Part shown: positions 28,487 through 38,952 of the stretch, piece by piece
How positions within the stretch are numbered: position 1 is the first letter of the stretch
Layout: the number at the start of each line of letters is the position of its first letter
Position numbers and translations under genes: made by a program
Virus record (IMG/VR): IMGVR_UViG_3300001533_002283
Span: 1-64,000 of that record
Source of the DNA: a virus
Reading direction: 5' to 3' (one strand)
DNA: 64,000 nucleotides
Notes under the pieces: model-generated
What the model was told of the DNA's origin: nothing
Database searches by the model: none
The model's input: only the letters and a program-made list of their open reading frames with translations

Positions 28487-29065
28487 GTGAATATGAAATT
28501 AAGTGGATGGGCAAAACAAAAGGGAATTCATTATCAAACAGCTTGGAAATGGTTTAAGGCTGGAAAGATAGAAGGGGCTTATGCTACTAGTGATGGGACT
28601 ATATTCGTGGAATCTTTGGAAGAAGTCAAGAAAAAAGAAAAATTTTGCATAGTTTATGCGAGGGTTTCTAATTTTTCCAGAAAAAAGGAATTGGATTATC
28701 AAGTAAAAAGATGTGAAGATTTTGCTTCTAATGCCGGAATAGTGGTTGATAAATCCTTAAAAGAAGTTGCCTCTGGGATGAACGAAAATAGAAAGATTTT
28801 TTGGAAAATGTTAGAGTCCAACCCCTCTCTTATAATTGTTGAGAACAAAGACAGGCTTTCGCGCTTTGGATTCAGCTACATCGAAAAATTACTTAAAAAA
28901 CATGGGTGTGAAATTTTGGTTATTAACAAAGCGCAGGAAGATCAAGAGGATTTGGTAAAAGACCTAGTTTCTATTATTTACTCTTTTTGCGCAAGACTTT
29001 ATGGAATGAGACGGGCGAAAAATAAAGCGGATAAATTTAAACAAATTTTAAAGGCCAATGATTAG
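28487..29065 (+). CDS. tnpA: IS607 TnpA serine recombinase
   Basis: N-terminal HTH (GIHYQTAWKW), YARVS, DRLSRFG, FCARLYG. Confidence 0.92.
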   Translation: MNMKLSGWAKQKGIHYQTAWKWFKAGKIEGAYATSDGTIFVESLEEVKKKEKFCIVYARVSNFSRKKELDYQVKRCEDFASNAGIVVDKSLKEVASGMNENRKIFWKMLESNPSLIIVENKDRLSRFGFSYIEKLLKKHGCEILVINKAQEDQEDLVKDLVSIIYSFCARLYGMRRAKNKADKFKQILKAND

Positions 29066-30329
29066 AGCGGTAAAATTAACTAATAAGTTTGCGAATCGTG
29101 GGAAAAACGATTCGTTGAATGCTTTTCTTCGTGAATATCGTAGAGTTGCGAATGAACTGGTTGATTTTTATTGGAAAAACGGACTGTGTTTCGACGGAAA
29201 AGTTTTTTGCGTGGAGCATCAGGAATATAGCTTTCCAACGATGCTAGACAAAGATCAACTTCCTAAGGGTCTAAATTCTTTTCTTTCTGCGCGAGCTATA
29301 AAATGTTTGTCTACACAGGTTTGTGGCATCATAAATGGACTGTTCGCAAAAAGAAAAAAGCAAATTTTTATCAGAGATAAACTAATAAAAGAAGGAAAAA
29401 GAGTTCCAGAAAAGCTTTTAAAAAATATCAATGGATTATTATCGAAACCAGATTGCTCCAAGATTAACGCCGAACTAAATTCTATTTGTTGTGAATTTGA
29501 AAAATCCGAAAAGACTTGTTTTGATGGGTTTTTAACTTTGTTTAGCTTACGCAACGATATAAGAGGGTCAAAAATAATTATTCCAATAAAATTTCATAGG
29601 AATTATAATAAGTGGGCGGCGAGGGGGACTCTTTTAGCTTCGTTTCTTATTTCAGAAATAAATTCTCAATTTAGGTTTCAACTAAAAACAAGCAAAAAGG
29701 AAAAAGGTGTCACTGTTGGAGCAGACCAAGGATTAAAAACCGTTCTAACCCTTAGTAATGAAAAAGTTACACCTAGAGAAAATAAACACGGGCAATCCCT
29801 AGATAGTATTATTGATAAGTTAGCAAGAAAAAAGAAAGGATCGGGCGCTTTCGGAAAGGCTCAGGCACACAGAAAAAACTTTATTAATTGGTCAATAAAT
29901 CAATTAAATTTTAGCGACATCAAACAAATAAACTTGGAAAAAGTCGTTAATATAAACTTTGGCAAGCGGGTATCTAGAAAAATGCAAGCTTGGACAAACA
30001 CGGGCATCAGAGACAAAGTGATTAGTAGGGCGGAAGAGCATGACGTTCATGTTGTTTTGCAAGACTGCACTTACAAAAGTCAAAGATGCAGCGCCTGCGG
30101 ATCGGTTCGTAAAGCCAATCGTAAGGGGAAGAGATATGAGTGTAAAAATTGCGGAAACGCAATAGACGCGGATTTAAATGCCGCGAAAAACCACGAAATA
30201 TCTTTACCCCCGTTGCCTTGGGGAATACGAAATAAAAAGCTAAATATGAAAAACGGTTTCTTTTGGAGATCGGATGGAATATTTAATTTTAATGGAGAGG
30301 CACTTACAGTTCCTTTTTCCGAAAAATAA
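29058..30329 (+). CDS. tnpB: TnpB RNA-guided endonuclease
   Basis: RuvC-I GADQG, RuvC-II LE, zinc finger CSACG/CKNCG, RuvC-III DADLNAAKN. Confidence 0.9.
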   Translation: MIRAVKLTNKFANRGKNDSLNAFLREYRRVANELVDFYWKNGLCFDGKVFCVEHQEYSFPTMLDKDQLPKGLNSFLSARAIKCLSTQVCGIINGLFAKRKKQIFIRDKLIKEGKRVPEKLLKNINGLLSKPDCSKINAELNSICCEFEKSEKTCFDGFLTLFSLRNDIRGSKIIIPIKFHRNYNKWAARGTLLASFLISEINSQFRFQLKTSKKEKGVTVGADQGLKTVLTLSNEKVTPRENKHGQSLDSIIDKLARKKKGSGAFGKAQAHRKNFINWSINQLNFSDIKQINLEKVVNINFGKRVSRKMQAWTNTGIRDKVISRAEEHDVHVVLQDCTYKSQRCSACGSVRKANRKGKRYECKNCGNAIDADLNAAKNHEISLPPLPWGIRNKKLNMKNGFFWRSDGIFNFNGEALTVPFSEK

Positions 30330-30462
30330 AGAAATTGATATTTACTTATCAAATTTCTAACTGTTGGTAATTCTATATGGAGATAATTTAACTTCACGAA
30401 AACCCAATTGAGAGGAAGTTTCGGCGAGAGAAAAAGGTGGGGCGAGTTTGTCACTCATTTTA

Positions 30463-30687
30463 TCAAATACCACTATGCGAAACCAAGTATTTATTCATCT
30501 TTTCTCTGACAGAATCAGAGTTTCCCTTAAGCCAACAAAGAAAAATAGATTCCCCGGTCCGTTTAATTCTGTAAAAAGAATGGCCTGTTTTAGTGGGATA
30601 AGCCCAAATTCGGTCAAAAAGATTTGCGTAATGACCGTTACAAGTTCGGCGGTTTCCCGAATCGTAGCAAAAAGATTGTTTCTTCAT
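30463..30687 (-). CDS. Hypothetical protein
   Basis: Tiles the array. Confidence 0.55.
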   Translation of the reverse strand: MKKQSFCYDSGNRRTCNGHYANLFDRIWAYPTKTGHSFYRIKRTGESIFLCWLKGNSDSVREKMNKYLVSHSGI

Positions 30688-30691
30688 AAAA

Positions 30692-30904
30692 TTAAAGCCA
30701 TTCTACACTCCAACGATAGCAATTCATCATCACGGTTTTATTGCGCTTGGTTGGTTTGTTGGAATAATACCAAGGCCAGCGACACGCGACTTCCGTTTTC
30801 CCTTGATCGCGATATGCTACCACATCATAAATGATTTTCTTAAAATCTTTCGCATACCAATCATTCGTCGGGACTTTTTCAAGATATAGGGTGAGGAGGC
30901 TCAT
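30692..30904 (-). CDS. Hypothetical protein
   Basis: Tiles the array. Confidence 0.6.
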   Translation of the reverse strand: MSLLTLYLEKVPTNDWYAKDFKKIIYDVVAYRDQGKTEVACRWPWYYSNKPTKRNKTVMMNCYRWSVEWL

Positions 30905-31086
30905 TTGGATTTTTATTTAATTGTTTTGATAAAAACTTTGCTGGAATCTTCCTTCTTCCAGTCCCCTACCATACTCCCGCGAGAGTAGTTCGTCAAGAGC
31001 TTTTTTCTTAAATTCTTTGCCTTTAAAATCGGAGGTTAAAAGTTCAAGTTTCAACTCTTCCTCGGTGTAATCTTCGATGTGTTTGT

Positions 31087-31479
31087 TCATTGTTCGATAT
31101 CCCTTTTTCTATTTAAATAAAAACCTGATTTACGGCGAAGAGCGATTAAATGAAACCTATCATCAAATAAATTAGAGGAAATAATTTCTTTCACCCTTTC
31201 TTTTATCATATTTTGCCCAACAGAATCTCTTTTCAATTTCCTCCACAAACCAGCTAAGTCAGACAATTCGCAATTTTCCAAATGCCCCGGCCAATCATAA
31301 AAATCCGTAATATTATATTTTTTAGAAGTGTGATGCCATTCAGTTGACCGCATCGTTTCGCGCACTAACTTTGCCGATTTAAAACCGTAAACCTGCGCGC
31401 ATTTAGTTGCCGGATAACGCCCTTGTGACTCGGCATAAACGGCATTGTTAGATTTAGAATAATTGAAATAACCGGCCAT
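31087..31479 (-). CDS. Conserved hypothetical phage protein
   Basis: SNNA..A...G.YP and EWHHTSK.YN.TDFY motifs. Confidence 0.7.
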   Translation of the reverse strand: MAGYFNYSKSNNAVYAESQGRYPATKCAQVYGFKSAKLVRETMRSTEWHHTSKKYNITDFYDWPGHLENCELSDLAGLWRKLKRDSVGQNMIKERVKEIISSNLFDDRFHLIALRRKSGFYLNRKRDIEQ

Positions 31480-31481
31480 AA

Positions 31482-31904
31482 TTAAAACCTTTCGTCCCTA
31501 ACCAAATTACCCCCCGAATCGGAATAAAACATTTTCTTCGGCCCGCCGCCAAACATTGTCAACGTCCGGGCGCAATTTACACAGGCTTTTGACATATTTG
31601 GATTTCCATTGTTATCAATGCGGATATTGAGAAAAGTATAATCTGAAATATCTTCCTCCCCCAGCTTTACCAATGCGCTCAGTTCTGAATGAACACAGGG
31701 GCGATATTCGCTTTGAAAACCTTTCCAATTTTCGTATTTACCAAAACGATTTGCGTTATGTAATTTGTTGTAATTGTTGGTCGCGATACAAACCATTTTG
31801 GATTTATGATAAACCAAGGTAGTATGCGCGGATTTTCCAGTCTGGACTTTTGGCTTAAGTGCGCGGCTAATTTCCACGGCTCGTTCGTAAATTCGGGCGT
31901 TCAT
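31482..31904 (-). CDS. Zn-dependent cytidine/deoxycytidylate deaminase-fold protein
   Basis: HSE ... SKACVNC (HxE/CxxC). Confidence 0.75.
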   Translation of the reverse strand: MNARIYERAVEISRALKPKVQTGKSAHTTLVYHKSKMVCIATNNYNKLHNANRFGKYENWKGFQSEYRPCVHSELSALVKLGEEDISDYTFLNIRIDNNGNPNMSKACVNCARTLTMFGGGPKKMFYSDSGGNLVRDERF

Positions 31905-31964
31905 GAGTGTTATTCCCTAAATTTAGGGAAACGAGAAAGAAAAATCAAGAGATTTTGTTAAAAA

Positions 31965-32186
31965 TTATTCCTCACTCAACACATGAAACCCCTGCTCAAT
32001 AACGCTAAATTTATTTTTACCGAATAAACGATAAGAGTTTTCTTTATCTGGAATAGGAATACTTTTAAAAACCTTCTCTTTATTCAACTCCCATTCTTTC
32101 GTTTCCCCATCAAACCATAAATAATAACCCTCTCCTTCCAACCAATTAAGTTTATCACCAAGGGAGTTTAAATAATTTTGTTGCAC
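31965..32186 (-). CDS. Hypothetical protein
   Basis: ATAACACCC-GTG leader. Confidence 0.6.
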   Translation of the reverse strand: MQQNYLNSLGDKLNWLEGEGYYLWFDGETKEWELNKEKVFKSIPIPDKENSYRLFGKNKFSVIEQGFHVLSEE

Positions 32187-32205
32187 GGGTGTTATAATTT
32201 AAAAT

Positions 32206-32478
32206 TCACGCCGCCTCAGACTCAATCCGTGCGCCCTTACCCTTGAAAAAGTTAAAGCAGTCTCGCGCCTCTACCTCACTATAGAAATAACTAGGGCGGT
32301 TGATAAGATCATAGCGTTTTGCCCCACCGACTTTACCCCCGAATAAGTCTCCCACCTTGACAGAGAACTTCATCCGGTTGTTAAAACTCAAATTTACATC
32401 AAAGTCTTTCGAGTCAAACTCGGCAAAGATATCCTTGTGGGACTTAACATGGGGCTTGGACCTAATGAATGTTTTCAT
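32206..32478 (-). CDS. Hypothetical protein
   Basis: Tiles the array. Confidence 0.6.
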   Translation of the reverse strand: MKTFIRSKPHVKSHKDIFAEFDSKDFDVNLSFNNRMKFSVKVGDLFGGKVGGAKRYDLINRPSYFYSEVEARDCFNFFKGKGARIESEAA

Positions 32479-33111
32479 ATTTTATAGAGCTAAAAGAATA
32501 GGAGTGAAGACTAGTATAATGATTAGGATTTCGGGCATCAGATTAGGCACAAAGGTCTCTCATGTCAATCTCTTTTGCGTGCTCCCGATCAATTTTTTCC
32601 TTCTTTTTTACCTTAAACTTAATAGTCGGCGGGGCGATTGGTTTGCGAGTTTTAAGTTGGCCAAGTTTCTTTTTTAACTTTTCGGTTTTCATGGGGGTTA
32701 TTGTAGATATGAGATTAATTTAGATAGGAGAATAGAACCAATGACTATGAGCGAAACTAATAAGAATGTAATTCTGAATTCCATAGGTTTTTACACTACC
32801 AGTTAATCTTCGAAACTCAAGGAAATTTTTCCAGTGGTTTTATCGAAGATTTTACAAACGACCAGTTCACCGTCAAACGGCCCATGTGTTCTCGTTTCGG
32901 GCGGAACTGTATCAAGAAACTCGATTAAATCGCCGACCGTTTGGAAATTTTGTTGGGAAAGGATAGTGTGGGACATAAGTGTTATTCTTGGTTTTTAACG
33001 AAACTTTCTCCGAATAATTCTAAAGATGCGTATTCCCTTGAATCACTTGAGCTAAGTCCCGCGTTTATTCCTGCGAGCCAGAGTTCATAGAACTTAATTT
33101 TTATAATTGGG

Positions 33112-33345
33112 TCAATCATTTGGAAAGTCCAGATAAGTATGGTAAGCAATTCCAACCTCGTCATCCTGCACGCATTCCATAAGAATTGCAACAGAAAAAC
33201 CATAAAGTTCTAACAACATATCACTCAACTTCCCGCCCTTCCCCTTAAATTCTTCATAATCCTTTCGAGTTATAAAAAATACAAACTGGTGGCGTGTGGT
33301 GCCCTCAATCGGGAAAAAGGCGGGAGGCGAGGGAGATTTTTTCAA
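33112..33345 (-). CDS. Hypothetical protein
   Basis: Tiles the array. Confidence 0.5.
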   Translation of the reverse strand: MKKSPSPPAFFPIEGTTRHQFVFFITRKDYEEFKGKGGKLSDMLLELYGFSVAILMECVQDDEVGIAYHTYLDFPND

Positions 33346-33350
33346 GGGAG

Positions 33351-33506
33351 TTAAACCTTAATTACTTGGAACCCTTTAGATTGGAGTAGTCCCCGATCCG
33401 ATTCGTTTTTAGCACCAAGTAGCTTCCAAGTCTTATTTGACGTAGGCGCGGAAATGTCTAGGCGCGTGTCGTTATGTTTTGCGGTCCAGTGGGTAGTTTT
33501 ATTCAT
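33351..33506 (-). CDS. Hypothetical protein
   Basis: ATAACACCT leader at 33506 (track start 33566). Confidence 0.5.
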   Translation of the reverse strand: MNKTTHWTAKHNDTRLDISAPTSNKTWKLLGAKNESDRGLLQSKGFQVIKV

Positions 33507-33550
33507 AGGTGTTATATTTGTTTTTTTTCTGACAAAATTTGTGTTAAAAC

Positions 33551-34666
33551 TTAAACTTGATACCAATCATTATACTGGCGGAAGAACTTGCGGGATTTTC
33601 CATCACCTTTTTTAACCAGACCCGCGCTCAAAGATTGTAGGTCCGCGCCTTGTTTGTGGAGTTCATACGCGCGGTTACTTCCAACTTTAACTCCATTGGT
33701 GGGAATAACGCCCGTTTCTTTCGCAACCTGCCAGTTTTTATATTGACGGAAGAAAGAACGGGGCTTTTTATCCAAAGTATTAACAATAACCACTTTACCA
33801 AAAGAATCTTCGCCCTGTAGAGAAATTTCGCCCTTACGGTGAATTTCATAAGCGCGGTTTGCGCCCATAATGGTAGAGTCTTGAATGTTTTTTGTAACAC
33901 TATTACCCTTAACATGATTCGAGGTAAAATCCTCAACATTTTCTGCTTCTCCGGCAATTCCTACCACTTTATATTCGCAAACCCGCATTTTAGCACAGTT
34001 TGCATCGTTAGGAATGCTAATTACATTTTGTGGATTTACTTTAACGAGAATAATCACGGAACCACTTCCCCCAAAAGAACTTACATAAGTGAACGCGCCA
34101 ACATGCAATCCGAAGTGGCAGGCGCAATTTGCATCATCGCTTACCTTATTGCGCGGAACTTTAACAATCTTTCCAACACTATTGTCAATGGTTTGGGTAT
34201 GATGATCCAAAAACCTATCTGTTACTGACTTAAAGGCGAGAAAATCTCCGTCCTCGTTAATTGCCAAGTTATAACGTTCCAAGTAGCCGAAAAGTTGTTC
34301 GCGGCTTCGTTCGGAAGGATTCAACATAAGTTTATCCAAAAATTTTACAAGATGTTCAAAAGGATAATCTTGCGAGATAAATTCAAAAACTCTTTTTGTC
34401 ACACTATTATGAACTGGCTTTCCGTCATAATGAATTTCATTCTCAAATACCTTTACCTTGCCCACTCCATATTTTTCGATGGTCTTGGCCGCGTTAAGAG
34501 CAGATTCTAGTTGTGTCCAAGCACCCTTGGAGATTACCTTGCGCAAGTTATGAAAACGGGCATCGCCCTGATAAATAGTGTAAGGCTTCCCATTGTGAGT
34601 TACCACGATGAAATCTTCCCCAAGAATGTAGTGAGGGGTGAGTTTGGATTTAAGTTTAGTTGGCAT
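33551..34666 (-). CDS. rIIB: rIIB-like protein
   Basis: LMLNPS, DGDFLAFKSV, C..GLHVG..Y, VKVNP..VISIP.D...KMRVCEY; downstream of rIIA. Confidence 0.9.
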   Translation of the reverse strand: MPTKLKSKLTPHYILGEDFIVVTHNGKPYTIYQGDARFHNLRKVISKGAWTQLESALNAAKTIEKYGVGKVKVFENEIHYDGKPVHNSVTKRVFEFISQDYPFEHLVKFLDKLMLNPSERSREQLFGYLERYNLAINEDGDFLAFKSVTDRFLDHHTQTIDNSVGKIVKVPRNKVSDDANCACHFGLHVGAFTYVSSFGGSGSVIILVKVNPQNVISIPNDANCAKMRVCEYKVVGIAGEAENVEDFTSNHVKGNSVTKNIQDSTIMGANRAYEIHRKGEISLQGEDSFGKVVIVNTLDKKPRSFFRQYKNWQVAKETGVIPTNGVKVGSNRAYELHKQGADLQSLSAGLVKKGDGKSRKFFRQYNDWYQV

Positions 34667-34694
34667 GGTGTTAGGTTTTATGACTGTGTTAAGG

Positions 34695-36875
34695 TTATGC
34701 GGTTACGGGCGAAACTTCAAGAGAATTTTTAGAATTTTTCTCATCAATTAGGGTAATATATTCAAGATAGTGTTGAATCATATTTGTATATTCCCAGCGG
34801 TAATAATTTACATCGGCAAAAATAGGATAGGATTTCATAAATTCTTTGGCCAAAGCATTTAAATTGTTAGTTAATTTTTGTATTTCTCTGCTTTTTGTTG
34901 TAACTTGAAACTCACTTGCCAAGTCCTCAAAAGGATCGGTTAGTGATTTTGAGAAGTCAATTTGGTCTAAAATATGGGATAGTTTTTCAGATGGGACGAA
35001 TTTACCCTTATTGACCTGATTGTAAATAGCCGTGAGTGGGTAACTAATACAACTACTACTATCCAATTCATTAATACTAACTTTTTCCGGCGCGGGTTTG
35101 TCATAATGTGTGGTGAGTAAACCGAGTAAGACTTCCCCGATGCGTTTAAAATTAGGGGTAATCTTATCCTTATTTTTGACTGGAACGATATAAATAACGG
35201 GGTTATCCGCATAGTCCGGCGCGACGTGTTTTAGGAATTTATGAATGTTTGATAAGGAGCAATTAACATCTTTGAATCCTGCATCATAATAATACTTGTT
35301 ATAGTGGGAGAAAATATAATAAGCGTTTTCTACCTTGGAAAAATCTAGGTCGAGAGTTAAAATTGGCTCGCCGTCATGTTCGTCTACAATTTCATCATCT
35401 ACTTCCCCATACTCATCATCTAAATCATAGATTTTACAATTACCAGATGCGGGATTCCGCTTGGTTTTATCCCGAACTTTCTTGGGGAGAACGATTGCCT
35501 CGTTAATATTTTGAAACACTCCGAAATCAATTCCGGTTTTCTCGCAATATTTCTTTAGAGTGTCAAGACTCCCTATCTGCACGACATAAATCATTTGATA
35601 CTCCCCAAGATTTCCCTCGTTGAAGTAATAACGGCAAAGATTCTTCACTCGGCCATTTTTACTCCGCTTTAAGTCATAAAACAAACAGCGTTTCTCAGCC
35701 TTTTCCGCCTTAAAATAATGAAAAAATTGAGTTTCGTCAAGGCGAACGCGCAGATTATAAGATCGGTCACGCTTGCGGGAGACTTCTAAAAGAGTAATGT
35801 TATCCTCCTTTTGAATTCGAAAAAAGTCTTCTACAATGGGAGCGCCGTTCACCACAATCTTAATATCCTTTTTTACTAAATCGGCAATAACACTCAACTC
35901 CCCCAAATCAGTAAAGATGTTACGAAAGAATCGCCGACCATCACACTCGGTTTTAAGAGAATCCAATTTTACTTTAACCTCATCAATAATCTCCTTTTCA
36001 ATCTCACGGATTTTATTTTGAAGAAATTTAATGGTTTTAGGGGTGTAAGAAATAGACTCGCGGGAAGCTTGCAAAGTAACATCGCCAATCCCTACAAAAA
36101 TTACCATACCCTTTTTAAGTAGGTTACGTTGAATGTCGGTTAAATCGGGAATTTGGGTTTGATCTAGGGAATAAGCGATTGGGCCAGAAACAACAGAGGT
36201 AGAACCGTCTTTGGTAAAACCCCAGCGGTTTGGCTTCAAAAGATGATATTCCACCACTTCTTTTTCGTAATCTTCGCAATTATGAATAATGGGGTAGGTT
36301 GGCCAAAAACGAAATACTTTTTGACAGGCAATTTTAAAACTTTCAATATCAGCGGGCTTTACACCAAAAGAAACTTCCGTGCCTGTTTTTTCATCAGTTT
36401 CGCCCTCGAAAATCAAATCAATTTGGTCAATGTTTTGTTCGTTGACGTAAATTGTGTAGATTCGCTTATAACCATTTTGAATACAGGTGAGTTGAAACGC
36501 GGGAGCAATACAAAGAGGGGATAATTTCCCAATGCCAAACCCGCCGACAGCTTGATTGGAAGTTCGTTTTGTGGATTTGCCGTAATAAGAATAAATATCA
36601 CGAACAATTTCATCACTCATACTCTTTCCATAATCACGAACCTTAAATACGGGTTCAAAAAGTGATGGAAGAGTGACTTCAATAGGAGTTTCTGAAATTC
36701 CCGCTTCGGTGTGCGCGTCCAAACTATTGCAGCAACATTCGCGGCATGCAGCCTCGGCTTTACGCGAATAAAGAGAGTTGCGCAAAATAGATAATACACT
36801 CACATCCACTTTAAATTCGTGATGGGTAAAATCGTCAGAGCGGATAATACGTTTTTCTTCGTTATTGATAATCAT
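34695..36875 (-). CDS. rIIA: rIIA-like protein (GHKL ATPase domain)
   Basis: LYS..A.RE...NSLDAH, VRDYG, YGKSTK, GGFGIGK, SRESISY. Confidence 0.9.
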   Translation of the reverse strand: MIINNEEKRIIRSDDFTHHEFKVDVSVLSILRNSLYSRKAEAACRECCCNSLDAHTEAGISETPIEVTLPSLFEPVFKVRDYGKSMSDEIVRDIYSYYGKSTKRTSNQAVGGFGIGKLSPLCIAPAFQLTCIQNGYKRIYTIYVNEQNIDQIDLIFEGETDEKTGTEVSFGVKPADIESFKIACQKVFRFWPTYPIIHNCEDYEKEVVEYHLLKPNRWGFTKDGSTSVVSGPIAYSLDQTQIPDLTDIQRNLLKKGMVIFVGIGDVTLQASRESISYTPKTIKFLQNKIREIEKEIIDEVKVKLDSLKTECDGRRFFRNIFTDLGELSVIADLVKKDIKIVVNGAPIVEDFFRIQKEDNITLLEVSRKRDRSYNLRVRLDETQFFHYFKAEKAEKRCLFYDLKRSKNGRVKNLCRYYFNEGNLGEYQMIYVVQIGSLDTLKKYCEKTGIDFGVFQNINEAIVLPKKVRDKTKRNPASGNCKIYDLDDEYGEVDDEIVDEHDGEPILTLDLDFSKVENAYYIFSHYNKYYYDAGFKDVNCSLSNIHKFLKHVAPDYADNPVIYIVPVKNKDKITPNFKRIGEVLLGLLTTHYDKPAPEKVSINELDSSSCISYPLTAIYNQVNKGKFVPSEKLSHILDQIDFSKSLTDPFEDLASEFQVTTKSREIQKLTNNLNALAKEFMKSYPIFADVNYYRWEYTNMIQHYLEYITLIDEKNSKNSLEVSPVTA

Positions 36876-36920
36876 TGGGTGGTTAGTTCGAGATAGAAGA
36901 TAGCATTCGGAGGGAGGAAA

Positions 36921-37271
36921 TCAAGAAGATTTTTCAAAAATATTACCAACTACCTCAATTTTATAAAAATCAAAGGTATATGGCTCTAAGCAAGATTTTA
37001 GCATGTCTCCAATACGAAAACACCCACGAAAAAACTCTACAGGATGAAAAACGTGCGCCCCATTTCCTAAATTTATCTTCACAACGTCCCCCTCATAAAT
37101 CTCTTTCCCATTTTTGTCAAGGAGACCGGTGAATTGTTGTGGAATTAATCTTTGTTTGAACCCAGCCAAAGCAAAAAACGCCCCTAAATCTGTCATATCT
37201 TGAGGGCAATGAAACATCTTTTCTGTTTCATTCCAAAACCTAAATTTAATTTCTCGATTAATTTTATTCAT
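36921..37271 (-). CDS. YopX family protein
   Basis: REIKFRFW...QFTGLLDKNGKEIYEGDVV...EVVGNIFE. Confidence 0.88.
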   Translation of the reverse strand: MNKINREIKFRFWNETEKMFHCPQDMTDLGAFFALAGFKQRLIPQQFTGLLDKNGKEIYEGDVVKINLGNGAHVFHPVEFFRGCFRIGDMLKSCLEPYTFDFYKIEVVGNIFEKSS

Positions 37272-37285
37272 AAAGTGTTATTTCC

Positions 37286-37762
37286 CTATTCTTTTTCCGC
37301 ACAAATACTTCCCTGCCTATACTCCGCATTAGGATAATATCCACCCTCATATTCAAGTAAATTCTTATATTCCACTTTTTCCTTTAAAAACTTTTCAACC
37401 CGCTCCTCCGCCAAAACTTCCACCTTTTCTTCCTCCCACACCACATCCTCCCCATCCACACTCTTAATATACTTTTTCTCTACCTCTCCGCTCATCTTCA
37501 CCTCATTTTTAAAAAACTCTCGCAACCCTTTCCTTAGTCGGTCAGGGGGCGTCAAAACATAAAAGGAAGTATCTCCATAAGAGTGAACTTTACCTGTTTG
37601 TAAAATCCCATAGTTTATACACAAGTTAATACAACGATTTTTAAAATCTTCATCACCTTGAAAGAAAAAGCCGATGTAGCCATTGCCGGAAATTGAGATT
37701 GTAAAGGTGCCGGTTTCGGCGAGAAGAGAGGGGGGAGGGGTTGAAATAAAATTTGGCGACAT
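37286..37762 (-). CDS. Hypothetical protein
   Basis: 158-aa ORF. Confidence 0.65.
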   Translation of the reverse strand: MSPNFISTPPPSLLAETGTFTISISGNGYIGFFFQGDEDFKNRCINLCINYGILQTGKVHSYGDTSFYVLTPPDRLRKGLREFFKNEVKMSGEVEKKYIKSVDGEDVVWEEEKVEVLAEERVEKFLKEKVEYKNLLEYEGGYYPNAEYRQGSICAEKE

Positions 37763-37935
37763 AAAAAGCTGTTAGAAATTAAGAGTGAGTAAGCGAGCTG
37801 TGAAAATGATTAAAGAAAGGAGAACGATAGATAAAGATATACCTATAGCAGCGTCCTTATCTTTTACGGACGAACCTATTAATATCCCAAGAAAAAGGAT
37901 GAAAATATAAAAGTTGATATAGTCAAAGATTTGCA

Positions 37936-38121
37936 TTAGATTGAAATGATAGATTTGATGTTAGACTTAGAGAGGACGCCCGAGTATTTCACTTCGTAGG
38001 TAGCGTTTTCCACGCGCGGTAAATCAGAAAGGTTACGCTCATTCAGTTCTTTGCCACTTAAAAAAGTGGTTTTCCAGTAGTTTTTACCGCTAACTCGGAC
38101 GTTTAAATTAGGTTTATTCAT
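37936..38121 (-). CDS. Hypothetical protein
   Basis: Tiles the array. Confidence 0.55.
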   Translation of the reverse strand: MNKPNLNVRVSGKNYWKTTFLSGKELNERNLSDLPRVENATYEVKYSGVLSKSNIKSIISI

Positions 38122-38130
38122 AGTTTTATT

Positions 38131-38361
38131 TTATTTGCGCAAGAAACTATTAATTTTATTGTTCAACTCTTGGGACTCTTCATTTGTGATGTTTAATGAT
38201 GCGGTCAATGATGAACCACTTTCATACTCCTGTCCAGAATAAAAGAAATAAATATCGGTGTTGTTCCCCTTTTGTTGTAAAGTTCCTTGTAAGAATTCCC
38301 CGCGAAAGTTAAAGCCAAAAGAGCGGGGGAGGGTTCTAGAGTGAGAAAATGATTCGCTCAT
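38131..38361 (-). CDS. Hypothetical protein
   Basis: TAATG overlap. Confidence 0.6.
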   Translation of the reverse strand: MSESFSHSRTLPRSFGFNFRGEFLQGTLQQKGNNTDIYFFYSGQEYESGSSLTASLNITNEESQELNNKINSFLRK

Positions 38362-38702
38362 TACTTCTTTTGTGCCGCAAGATTTCGATAAAGACGGTGG
38401 AGAGCCTTGGAAAGGCCAACGCGCTTTTCGAAGGGGTCATTAACTGAGCATTCTGCGATTGCGACGCTCACTGGTTGAATCTCGGGGTTGTTTCTAACAT
38501 TAATTGCATCTTCCTTAGTTTTATAGGCCAAAACGGCAGTTCGCGCACGAAGGGGCTTGCCGTAAGCGGAAAAACCCGGATTCTTTTTGTCAAATTGGGT
38601 GTGGTGAACCTCTAGAAAAACTCCAAATTTTTGATTAATGAGAGATTCAAGATAAAGATGGATGTTTTTCTTGGCGGGCTTGTTGTTTGTGATGTTTTTC
38701 AT
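38361..38702 (-). CDS. Conserved phage protein
   Basis: A.CS..D.F.K..G...A..R motif. Confidence 0.65.
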   Translation of the reverse strand: MKNITNNKPAKKNIHLYLESLINQKFGVFLEVHHTQFDKKNPGFSAYGKPLRARTAVLAYKTKEDAINVRNNPEIQPVSVAIAECSVNDPFEKRVGLSKALHRLYRNLAAQKK

Positions 38703-38952
38703 GGTGTTTTATTTACAATTGCTAACTTAACAAATTTTTGACTAAAATCAAGAGATTTTAATAATATTTTTTGGAACTTGAAAAGATGAGTAATTATTGT
38801 GAATTAAAAGATAATCTTCAAACATATCAGGGGTGATTGCCATGTTGGGTAGCTCGTCACCCCGTTTATATTGAAATTGTTTTATTTTCTGGGATTTGCC
38901 ATCCCAAAAGGCGACACTTGCTAAAAAACCTTCAACAAAAACTATTTTCACT

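Larger units (their letters stand above)
28423..30363 (+). mobile_element. IS607-family insertion sequence (TnpA serine recombinase + TnpB)
   Basis: Two overlapping plus-strand genes inside a minus-strand array; ends inferred from a TG core that restores the flanking ORF. Confidence 0.8.
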
